Assembly: GCA_002269645.1 (NCBI GenBank)
Contig: NIVC01001671.1
Coordinates: 188,969 to 252,968, forward strand
Direction of reading: 5' to 3'
From: Macrostomum lignano
Taxonomy: Eukaryota
Length of the DNA stretch: 64,000 nucleotides
This document shows positions 10,150 through 21,516 of the stretch, piece after piece. The first letter of the stretch is position 1; every line of letters begins with the position of its first letter. A program made the translations under genes and the position numbers. The notes under the pieces were generated by a model that was given only the letters and a program-made list of their open reading frames with translations, was not told where the DNA came from and did no database searches.

Positions 10150-12053
10150 GAGACAGTGAGATTACCTGTAAGATAGTGAGATTACCTGTGCGACAGATAG
10201 TGAGTTCACTTGTGAGATAGTGAGATTACCTGTGCGACAGATAGTGAGTTCACTTGTGAGATAGTGAGATAACCTGTGCGACAGTGAGATCACCTGTGAG
10301 ACAGTGGGATCACCTGTGAGATAGTGATATCACCTGTGAGACAGATAGTGAGTTCACTTGTGAGATAGTGAGATAACCTGTGCGACAGTGAGATCACCTG
10401 TGAGACAGTGGGATCATCTGTGAGATAGTGAGATCACCTGTGAGACAGTGAGATCACCTGTGAGACAGTGAGATCACCTGTGAGACAGTGAGATCACCTG
10501 TGAGACAGTGAGATCACCTGTGAGATAGTGAGATCACCTGTGAGATAGATAGTGAGATTACCTGTGCGACAGTGAGATCACCTGTGAGATAGTGAGATCA
10601 CCTGTGAGATAGATAGTGAGATTACCTGTGCGACAGTGAGATCACCTGTGAGACAGTGAGATCACCTGTGAGACAGTGAGATCACCTGTGAGATAGTGAG
10701 ATCACCTGTGAGACAGTGAGATCACCTGTGAGACAGTGGGATCATCTGTGAGATAGTGAGATCACCTGTGAGACAGTGAGATCACCTGTGAGACAGTGAG
10801 ATTACCTGTGAGATAGTGAGATCACCTGTGAGACAGTGAGATCACCTGTGAGACAGTGAGATCACCTGTGAGACAGTGAGATCACCTGTGAGACAGTGAG
10901 ATCACCTGTGAGATAGTGAGATCACCTGTGAGATAGATAGTGAGATTACCTGTGCGACAGTGAGATCACCTGTGAGATAGTGAGATCACCTGTGAGACAG
11001 TGGGATCACCTGTGAGATAGTGATATCACCTGTGAGACAGATAGTGAGTTCACTTGTGAGATAGTGAGATAACCTGTGCGACAGTGAGATCACCTGTGAG
11101 ACAGTGGGATCATCTGTGAGATAGTGAGATCACCTGTGAGACAGTGAGATCACCTGTGAGACAGTGAGATCACCTGTGAGACAGTGAGATCACCTGTGAG
11201 ACAGTGAGATCACCTGTGAGATAGTGAGATCACCTGTGAGATAGATAGTGAGATTACCTGTGCGACAGTGAGATCACCTGTGAGATAGTGAGATCACCTG
11301 TGAGATAGATAGTGAGATTACCTGTGCGACAGTGAGATCACCTGTGAGACAGTGAGATCACCTGTGAGACAGTGAGATCACCTGTGAGATAGTGAGATCA
11401 CCTGTGAGACAGTGAGATCACCTGTGAGACAGTGGGATCATCTGTGAGATAGTGAGATCACCTGTGAGACAGTGAGATCACCTGTGAGACAGTGAGATCA
11501 CCTGTGAGATAGTGAGATCACCTGTGAGACAGTGAGATCACCTGTGAGACAGTGAGATCACCTGTGAGACAGTGAGATCACCTGTGAGATAGTGAGATCA
11601 CCTGTGAGACAGTGGGATCACCTGCGAGACAGTGAGATCACCTGTGAGACAGTGAGATCACCTGTGAGATAGTGAGATCACCTGTGAGATAGTGAGATCA
11701 CCTGTGAGACAGTGAGATCACCTGTGAGACAGATAGTGAGATACCTGTGAGACAGTGGGATCACCTGCGAGACAGTGAGATCACCTGTGAGACAGTGAGA
11801 TCACCTGTGAGACAGTGAGATCACCTGTGAGGTAGTGAGATTACCTGTGCGACAGTGAGATCACCTGTGCGACAGTGAGATCACCTGTGAGACAGATAGT
11901 GAGATCACCGTGAGACAGTGAGATCACCTGTGAGACAGTGAGATCACCTGTGCGACAGTGAGATCACCTGTGAGACAGATAGTGAGATCACCGTGAGACA
12001 GTGAGATCACCTGTGAGACAGTGAGATCACCTGTGAGGTAGTGAGATTACCTG
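10150..12053. repeat. 20-bp minisatellite AGTGAGATCACCTGTGAGAC (~1.9 kb)
   Basis: Period 20; variant blocks recur. Confidence 0.95.
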
Positions 12054-12439
12054 AAACTGTGTAACCAAAAATAAACCAAGATTAAGTTTAAAAGGAGAGT
12101 TGTTAAATTTTCAACAATCGATTGATTTTTAAATTTGATTTTTGTTGGTGAATTACGACGTACATAAAACTTACAATTTATTTGTTACTTTAAATGCTTT
12201 TTGAAACAGAGAAATGAATCGAAAATTTATAATATCATTTATGATGTTACTTTATAAGTTTTACTAATATCGGTACAAACATACACGTCAGAAGTTAGTT
12301 TATTACAGAGATGAAATACGGCAGAAAAAGGCATGAAAATATGATTAAGTAAGCATTGGAAATTAAGTAAAGCACACTAGGTCAGAATAGGCTTCACTTA
12401 AGTTCTCTTTTCCATTTCGAAACAGTATCGACTTTTAAA

Positions 12440-13555
12440 AACCTCGGGTATCTACTTCTAAACACTTCGGGCATCTACTGCTAAACACCTCGGTATCTAC
12501 TTCTAAACACTTCGGGTATCTACTGCTAAACACTTCGGGTATCTACTTCAAAACACTTCGGGTATCTACTTCTAAACACTTCGGGCATCTACTGCTAAAC
12601 ACCTCGGGTATCTACTTCAAAACACTTCGGGTATCTACTGCTAAACACTTCGGGTATCTACTTCAAAACACTTCGGGTATCTACTGCTAAACACTTCGGG
12701 TATCTACTTCAAAACACTTCGGGTATCTACTTCAAAACACTTCGGGTATCTACTTCTAAACACTTCGGGCATCTACTGCTAAACACCTCGGTATCTACTT
12801 CTAAACACTTCGGGTATCTACTTCTAAACACTTCGGGTATCTACTGCTAAACACTTCGGGTATATACTTATAAACACCTCGGTATCTACTTATAAACACC
12901 TCGGTATCTACTTCTAAGCACCTCGGGTATCTACTGCTAAACACCTCGGTATCTACTTCTAAACACCTCGGTATCTACTTCTAAGCACCTCGGGTATCTA
13001 CTGCTAAACACCTCGGTATCTACTGCTAAACACCTCGGGTATCTACTTCTAAACACTTCGGGCATCTACTGCTAAACACCTCGGTATCTACTGCTAAACA
13101 CCTCGGTATCTACTTCTAAACACTTCGGGTATCTACTTCAAAACACTTCGGGTATCTACTGCTAAACACTTCGGGTATATACTTATAAACACCTCGGTAT
13201 CTACTTATAAACACCTCGGTATCTACTTCTAAGCACCTCGGGTATCTACTTCTAAACACCTCGGTATCTACTTCTAAGCACCTCGGGTATCTACTGCTAA
13301 ACACCTCGGTATCTACTGCTAAACACCTCGGTATCTACTGCTAAACACCTCGGTATCTACTTCTAAACACTTCGGGTATCTACTTCTAAACACTTCGGGT
13401 ATCTACTGCTAAACACTTCGGGTATATACTTATAAACACCTCGGTATCTACTTCTAAGCACCTCGGGTATCTACTGCTAAACACCTCGGTATCTACTGCT
13501 AAACACCTCGGGTATCTACTTCTAAACACTTCGGGTATCTACTTCTAAACACTTT
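12440..13555. repeat. 22-23-bp minisatellite AAACAC(C/T)TCGGGTATCTACT(T/G)CT
   Basis: Direct reading. Confidence 0.95.
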
Positions 13556-13604
13556 GATATCTCCTAAACACCCCAGTATAAAAACTACTGACTGAATTTG
13601 CTGA

Positions 13605-16600
13605 CTATTTGGAATTCAACTTGCGCAGCACAACCTGCCTGGGCCTCATTGTCAACAGTCGACCAGAATCGAACTTTAAAGAAGTTTTCGACTGATTTGA
13701 ACTGCCAACGGTGGATACAGTTGAGCTCGATCTCTGAGCACCCGGAGCTTGCCGAAAATATTTCGCAGGCGGCAACCGGGAAGGACCAACAGTGGAACTT
13801 GAAGATTTTCTCTCCTCAGAATCCAAAGTACTTGCCGACCGTTTATTATTGCTGCCACAAGCAGGTCTAGGAGCAGCAGCAGAAGAGCCTGATATTGAAG
13901 AGTATAATTGAGTTGACATTGCCAGTTTGGCTTGTAGAACTGCTGGGTGAGCTGGCAAAGCTGATGGTGCTGGTGTTGAAGCACTGGACGGTGGCTGATG
14001 CTGTGGTGGCGGTGGCGGCGGCGGGGCGGCGGAGGAGGCGGCGGTGCAGCAGCATCTTCAATGTTGCTCTCCTGATCAACAGAACCATCCGCTGTGGCCA
14101 TGGCTGTCACTTCTGCATTTAATCGAAGGTAGATGATGGCTGCATGCATTTTTGTTTGATGCCTCTTATGGCGTTATTTCCTTCACATAACTATCTCAGA
14201 TGATTTTTATGGAATCCTTGTCTAATCTGACATCTCTACCTCTCTGACATCCCCATTTCTTTGACATCCCCAGCTTTCTGACATACCCATCTCTTTGACG
14301 TCCCCAGCTCTCTGACATCCCCATCTCTCTGACATCCCCATTTCTTTGACATCCCCAGCTCTCTGACTCCCCATCTCTCTGACGTCCCCAGCTCTCTGAC
14401 ATCCCCATCTTCTCTGACATCTCTACCTCTCTGACATCCCCATCTCTCTGACATCTCTACCTCTCTGACATCCCCATCTCTCTAACATCCCCATCTTCTC
14501 TGCAATACCCATCTCTGACATCTCTATCTCTCTGACATCCCTACATGTATCCCTCTGACATCCTCATCTCTTTGACATGCCCATCTATTTGACATTCCCA
14601 TCACTGAAATTTCCATCTCTCTGACATCTCCATGTCTCTGACATGCCCAGTTCTCTGACATCTCCATCTCTCTGACATCCCATGTCTCTGACATGCCCAT
14701 CTCTTGGACATCCTAATCCCTTTGAAATCATTCTTCGTGATATATTTCTGGCCTGACATTCCAATCTCGCGGACTGCCCTCTCTTTAACTTCGCGTCGCC
14801 ACTTGAAACAAGCGCCAAGTATCTTTTACGTACCCAATCGCTGTCTAAAGAAAAAATACAACCCACAAAAAGTAACACGAAAATTTCCGCTCTGTAAAGT
14901 TAATTACACTACATATCGGATACAAAGAATCAATTTTTTAAATTACACAAGAAAATGAGTAATCACGCGGTACTTACTCATAGCCAGTCCAGACCTCACC
15001 TGCCGACAGCGGTGCTTCAATTTAAGTCGGCACTCCTCCGCGGATTCGAACTCGGGAGCGTACACGGCATGTAATACACCGCCGAAAAAGTTCAAATCGT
15101 CCATGCGCCTCTTGGCGTGTCTGATTTCCGGTTGTTCATTGATTAGTTTGGGCGGTCAGTTTAAGGAAAATAATTGACAGCTTTCAATTGTGTTTTTCTC
15201 AAAAGCAAGGATACAAAATGGATCAGCGAGCTGAGTACTGATCCCACTGATTCTTGGAGTGGCTAGAGATATGGATGAGGATTGATCAGGAATATCTAGA
15301 GATTGAACAGATATATCCAGAAATGAATTATAGATATTCAAAGATTGGCTATAGATATCTAGATATTAACCATAGATATATAGAGATTGGCCATGATATC
15401 TAGAGATTGGCCATGATATCTAGAGATTGGCCATGATATCTAGAGATTGGCCATGATATCTAGAGATTGGCCATGATATCTAGAGATTGGCCATGGATAT
15501 ATATAAATCCATCAGGAACATCGACATACTGATGAGGATATCTAAAGATCGACCAGGAATATCTACAGACTGATCAGATATCTGAAATCGATCATGAATA
15601 TCTACATATTGATCAGAGATATCTATAGATAGATCATGAATATCTACATATTGATCAGAGATATCTATAGATCGATCAGGAATATCTACATATTGATCAG
15701 AGATATCTATAGATCGATCAGGAATATCTACATATTGATCAGAGATATCTATAGATAGATCATGAATATCTACATATTGATCAGAGATATCTATAGATTG
15801 ATCAGGAATATCTACATATTGATCAGAGATATCTATAGATCGATCAGGAATATCTACAGACTGACTAGAGATATAGATTGATCAGAGACATCGATACTTT
15901 AATAAAGAATGTTTAGAAACTGCCCCAGAAGTTTATTTGATAACTAGCCCTCTTTTCAAAAATGAAACACAATAAACAGCGGAGAAAATGAGTTAGATAT
16001 TTGTTAATCTACGCCATTTGATAATCTGCAAACAATCATTTTTAAAAAGGGTACCATTAATTTCTAGGTACTCGTGTCGGCTTCCGGTAGAGTCTGGAGT
16101 ACATGCAGCTTATATTTATGATATTAAATAAAATTTGATTAATAATCAATCAAATAAAGAGCCACTAACCTTGCACTATTAATCCTGACAAATTTAATCA
16201 GAAATGTATCGGTGAAGGCTTCAACAAGTTGGCTATTTTGACTAGTTGATGGTGCAGATGTTGCAACAGACGCGGAACTGTCCAAACGGGTCACCGATTC
16301 CACTGGGCCAAAGCGACTGGCCGAGCGGGTCACGTGATCTGTCAGACCGATGGCCGGCACACTGTAGATTTGCAGGTACTGAGACTCGTCTGAGATGCAG
16401 TAGGCCTTGTAGGGGTTAGGGGGATTTTTAAATCCTCATTCCCAAAATTCAAATCCCCTATTGCCAACCTTTAAACCCCCACTTTCTTTACCCACTTTCA
16501 CTTCCGGCCAATCAAAGAATCTCCTGACCAATCAGAGAATATACTGACCAATCAAAGAATCGCCTGACCAATCAGAGTCTCCTGACCAATCAAAGAATCT

Positions 16601-17123
16601 CCTGACCAATCAGAGAATATACTGACCAATCAGAGAATCGCCTGACCAATCAGAGTCTCCTGACCAATCAGAGAAACTCCTGACCAATCAGAGAATATAC
16701 TGACCAATCAGAGAATCGCCTGACCAATCAGAGAATCGCCTGACTAATCAGAGAATCGCCTGACCAATCAGAGAATCGCCTGACTAATCAGAGAATCGCC
16801 TGACCAATCAGAGAATCGCCTGACTAATCAGAGAATCACCTGACCAATCAGCGAATCTCCTGACCAATGAGCGAATCTCCTGACCAATCAGAGAATCTCC
16901 TGACCAATCAGAGAATCGCATGACCTATCGGAGAATCTCCTGACCAATCAGAGAATCTCCTGACCAATCAGAGTCTCTTTAAGCTCAAATATAGGTATAA
17001 TTGTCCCATCCTCACCTTAACGGCAGTCTTACGCCTGCCATCCCTATAAGGAGGCCGGTTAAGGCAGGGTCCCTGCTTGGCGTGATGCCTGGGCAACGGT
17101 CGCCCCTGCTGGTTGTCAGCGGA
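13605..17123 (-). CDS. RBM48: RNA-binding protein 48 (minor-spliceosome RRM protein). Exons 17123-17016, 16405-16170, 15120-14978, 14112-(13676 or 13605); start codon not found
   Basis: Spliced peptide HHAKQGPCLNRPPYRDGRRKTAVK|AYCISDESQYLQIYSVPAIG...AFTDTFLIKFVRINSAR|HAKRRMDDLNFFGGVLHAVYAPEFES matches the remembered RBM48 pattern (YREGRRPRAVK, ESQYLLIQGVPAVG, AKRKMDEQSFFGGLLHVCYAPEFE). Phases 0, 2, 1 are consistent. The frame of the last exon is uncertain. Confidence 0.9.
14225..14710. repeat. ~17-bp minisatellite TCTCTGACATCCCCATC in RBM48 intron
   Basis: Direct reading. Confidence 0.88.
15350..15890. repeat. Palindrome-rich minisatellites (20-bp TAGAGATTGGCCATGATATC; ~42-bp GATC/ATCTATAGAT unit) in RBM48 intron
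   Basis: Direct reading. Confidence 0.88.
16520..16975. repeat. 20-bp minisatellite CTGACCAATCAGAGAATC(T/G)C (CCAAT box in most units)
   Basis: Direct reading, ~23 units. Confidence 0.92.
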
Positions 17124-17259
17124 CTGTAAGAAATTTGAGATCTCAGCAGTTGAGAGCTTAGCAATCGTTATGATTTTTTGTGATTTTATCACCAACCCTA
17201 CTAGAGTTACATAACATCACAGAAACTTCTGACAGGAGGTACTCTGGAGATTGACCCCT

Positions 17260-18165
17260 GACCTCACCTGAAAAGTACTTAAAACACTAACCCCTCTGAC
17301 CTCACCTGAAAAGAATTACTCAAGACATTGACCTCACCTGACAAGAATTACTCAAGACCTCACCTGACAAGAATTACTCAAGACATTGGCCTCACCTGAC
17401 AAGAATTACTCAAGACATTGACCTCACCTGACAAGAATTACTCAAGACATTGACCTCACCTGACAAGAATTACTCAAGACCTCACCTGACAAGAATTACT
17501 CAAGACATTGGCCTCACCTGACAAGAATTACTCAAGACATTGACCTCACCTGACAAGAATTACTCAAGACCTCACCTGACAAGAATTACTCAAGACATTG
17601 GCCTCACCTGACAAGAATTACTCAAGACATTGGCCTCACCTGACAAGAATTACTCAAGACATTGGCCTCACCTGACAAGAATTACTCAAGACATTGACCT
17701 CACCTGACAAGAATTACTCAAGACATTGGCCTCACCTGACAAGAATTACTCAAGACATTGGCCTCACCTGACAAGAATTACTCAAGACATTGACCTCACC
17801 TGACAAGAATTACTCAAGACATTGGCCTCACCTGACAAGAATTACTCAAGACATTGGCCTCACCTGACAAGAATTACTCAAGACATTGGCCTCACCTGAC
17901 AAGAATTACTCAAGACATTGGCCTCACCTGACAAGACTTACTCAAGACATTGGCCTCATCTGACAAGAATTACTTAAGACACTGACCTCACCTGACAAGA
18001 ATTACTTAAGACACTGACCTCACCTGACAAGAACTACTCAAGACATTGACCTCACCTGACAATACTAAATACACTGACCTCACCTGACAATACTTAAGAC
18101 ACTGACCTCACCTGACAATACTAAATACACTGACCTCACATGACAAGAATTACTTAAAACACTGA
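17260..18165. repeat. 32-bp minisatellite GACCTCACCTGACAAGAATTACTCAAGACATT between caspase and RBM48
   Basis: Direct reading. Confidence 0.95.
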
Positions 18166-18169
18166 CCCC

Positions 18170-18175
18170 TTTATT
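18170..18175 (-). terminator. Candidate polyadenylation signal AATAAA for the caspase transcript
   Basis: TTTATT on + strand ~800 nt downstream of the caspase stop, just before the 32-bp array. Confidence 0.35.
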
Positions 18176-18966
18176 TTAATCAGTTCTTAAAAACTTTAAA
18201 CTTTCAAAACAATTTTCGTGAAGACATTGTAAACCCACAATAAACAAGTAAACATGGGTCAACACTATTTAGATAGGAAGCAGATAAAAAAGCACTTAAA
18301 AAGAGCATTACTAGTGAGTTATATTTAACTAATAAAAATTCTAACTTAAGCTGAATTTTCAGAAAACAGTTAATTACATATAATTACTCTTAGTAAAGGT
18401 AAATAAACAATTTACCAGTAATTTAGTACAAGCAAAGGCACCTCGAACTAAAAGCTTATGAAAACGTAATAGCTCGTATGAGAAGGGTAAATAAGCTTAA
18501 ATATTTGGAGATAAATTCTGAATACACACAAACAAGAACAATATAAATACCATAGAGATTTAATATTATATCAGCTGTATTTAATAATCTCAAAACCTAT
18601 TAAATATCAAAAGAAAATAAAGATACATAACTTTTTGGCGTTGATCATATCAGTGTCTATGGCAATAAATAGTAATTAAATTACTGGTAATATCGCCTTT
18701 CTTGCAGTCGATTTTCCACTCGCGGCTTTCAAAACTGGACACGGAGACTCTGTGGCTTCGCCTACTCAATAGTAGTCTATGGCCCAAACCGAAATCGACT
18801 CCATGCAAAAAAGAGCGGAATTTTGTCTATGGCCAAGCTATACTGACATCAGTCAGTGCAGAAGCTTTTCTGAGAGGTTGATTGTGGTGCAGTGCACTGG
18901 AAAATTGATTGCAAAAGGCTGTTTGCAATAAAAAAAATAGTTAGTCAAGAATGTCGCATGCCGGCT

Positions 18967-20131
18967 TCAATGCTGCTTAGGTCTGAAGTACAGCAGTTTC
19001 CTAAGCTGGCTAACAGTCACTGGCATCTGCTTCATCCCTGTGCTCTCTGGTTCTCCCGTGTCGCTGGCGTAGGCCGAAGACACCAGGCGTTGCACCATCA
19101 GCATGAGATGCTGCAGCTCCATGCGGTCACCGTGACGATCCAGCAGAGCCGTCAGCTGCTGCCCAAACCAGCTGCCTCTCTGGCTGTTCCTCCAGCTGAA
19201 GTAGCCGGGCGGGGTCGAGTAGAAGAAGAAGAAATCCGACTCGAGCGGCACTCGGAGCGGCCCGCTGATGCCAGCGCCGCTGCCGACGCCAACACCAGCT
19301 GGTGGCAGAGCGTCCAGGGTGTCGCCTTCGCCGTCGGTGACTTCGACGCCTCGATCGAAGTTGTCACCGCGGCAGGCCTGACGGTTATTTCAGATGGATG
19401 ATGAAAGCCTTCCTAAATATTCCCAATCCAACTCTCAGATCCCCATCCTATTAAGAGATCCCTAATCCCATTCTGAGATGCCCAATCCCATTCTGACATC
19501 CCTAATCCGATTCTGAGATCCCCAATCCCATTCAGAGATCCCCAATACCATTCAGAGATCCCCAACTCCATTCCGAGATTCCCAATCCCATTCTGAGATT
19601 TAAGAAACAAATTGCTTAACTTTTCAAGATCCCAACTAACCTAACCGCAGAATCCCAGATCCCAGCAGAAGACATACCTGGATGAAAAACAGCTTCGGCT
19701 TGCCAGCCAAAGTTTTGCAAGCGTCCGGTTTGAACTGTCTAACAACAAAGTCGATAGGCAAGTCCCTGTCCTTAGTGTAGAAGTGGCCCTCATATCCGTG
19801 AGACAGCAACACTACAGCAAAACAATCGTTATTAGAATGATTTTTGAGGCGGAACTCGCGCAGAACATCCAGCAGGCTCGAGGCTGTTAGGTCGCGAAAA
19901 GTTCGAACATCGAAGCCCAGACGACGAAACGAGTTCTCAATGTTGCTGGCGTCCACGTCGGAGCCCTCGCGGGTCGGCTGGTGGGTTGAGCTGAGAAAGT
20001 TTACCTGTTTTAGTGCGACCGATTATATTAGCTATAATATATTCTGTTGCAGACAGTATACGTTATGTTGTTGAAGTGCTGAAGAACCAAAGGATTTAGA
20101 ACTTCAGTAGTAGGTACGCAATAATAAATAT

Positions 20132-20192
<61 letters not shown>

Positions 20193-20201
20193 TGACAGAC
20201 T

Positions 20202-20280
<79 letters not shown>

Positions 20281-20281
20281 T

Positions 20282-20324
<43 letters not shown>

Positions 20325-20325
20325 T

Positions 20326-20397
<72 letters not shown>

Positions 20398-20398
20398 C

Positions 20399-20465
<67 letters not shown>

Positions 20466-20466
20466 C

Positions 20467-20533
<67 letters not shown>

Positions 20534-20534
20534 C

Positions 20535-20581
<47 letters not shown>

Positions 20582-20582
20582 C

Positions 20583-20617
<35 letters not shown>

Positions 20618-20881
20618 CACTAAGACAGCTGGACACAGACAAAAGCGCTAGACAGCGATTTCCATTCAGATAAAACAAGCAAAACTCACGTGATTGAATA
20701 TCAGGCAAAATCCTCTACTGGGATGGTCCATCTTGTACTCAACATCAATGTCTTCTAGAGCAGCAGTTGGCAGAGGCTGAGGAAATGCTGGCTGCACCTG
20801 GCTAGAGCGCTTGAAGATGCTGGGCCCAGCATCTGTGGCATCGTCTTTGTTTGGTTGCTCTACAGCTGCTTGGTCTGACAT
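18967..20881 (-). CDS. Effector caspase (caspase-3/7-like), ~309 aa. Exons 20881-20690, 20004-19678, 19377-18967
   Basis: Short prodomain with DATD-A site, [29 protein letters not shown]|ACRG (catalytic QACRG split by a phase-0 intron), [32 protein letters not shown]. Confidence 0.96.
19420..19600. repeat. ~20-bp minisatellite CCCAATCCCATTCTGAGATC in caspase intron 2
   Basis: Direct reading. Confidence 0.85.
20135..20620. repeat. (CAGA)n microsatellite in caspase intron 1
   Basis: Direct reading. Confidence 0.97.
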
Positions 20882-21516
20882 TATTGCAGAAAAAATTGCT
20901 TTAACTATAAACTTGACCAGATCCAATCTTGCACTAATGTTTAAATATTAGAAAAATGTATTCTATTTATCATATCTAGTTATATTTTTTGATATTCTTA
21001 TTTTTAAAAAGTTATAATTTGGTAGTGAATACTGAAAGTTCTGAAATATATTTGAAAAACCCAAATTACCTTCTCAATAAAGAAATATATATTTTAGACC
21101 TGTAACATATTCATTAACCTCTAAAACAAGGGTATTGCCATGGATTTTATAGTAGGGGGACAAAGCCAAAAATTCTAAAACCTAAAATATCTCCTAAAAA
21201 AGTCATTTGGTTTTCACAAGTTGAGACGGTTGAGCTTTATAAAAAGGTTAAATTATAACAAAGGTCTTTTTAAACTATTATAAATATATTCATTTTAAAC
21301 AGAATTATATAATAATTTTGAAAAAATGATGCATAATTAAAACTTTTATCAATAACTTTTACTAGTCTTATTTAATATTATTTTTAAAAAAAGCTAAGTT
21401 CATTACCAACTTTTTAGAGTATACAAAGTTCCTTTATTTCATGTTAAACACATTTATTTACACTAAATTTTTTATACATAGCATAAATTTGTTCATTAAA
21501 ATTTGTGGTAATGGCT

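Noticed and set aside
14998-15000. Alternative RBM48 donor CAG|gtgagg at 15000
   Set aside because: Phase 0, whereas the available downstream acceptors (14112, 14139) need phase 1; the gtaagt donor at 14978 fits.
10150-18165. Regular 20-32-bp repeats that might suggest CRISPR arrays
   Set aside because: Head-to-tail repeats with no unique spacers, no cas genes, eukaryotic context.
20028-20708. CLSV-repeat ORFs here and at 37395-37958; SLSL/ERER ORFs at 34746-35105
   Set aside because: Microsatellite translations.
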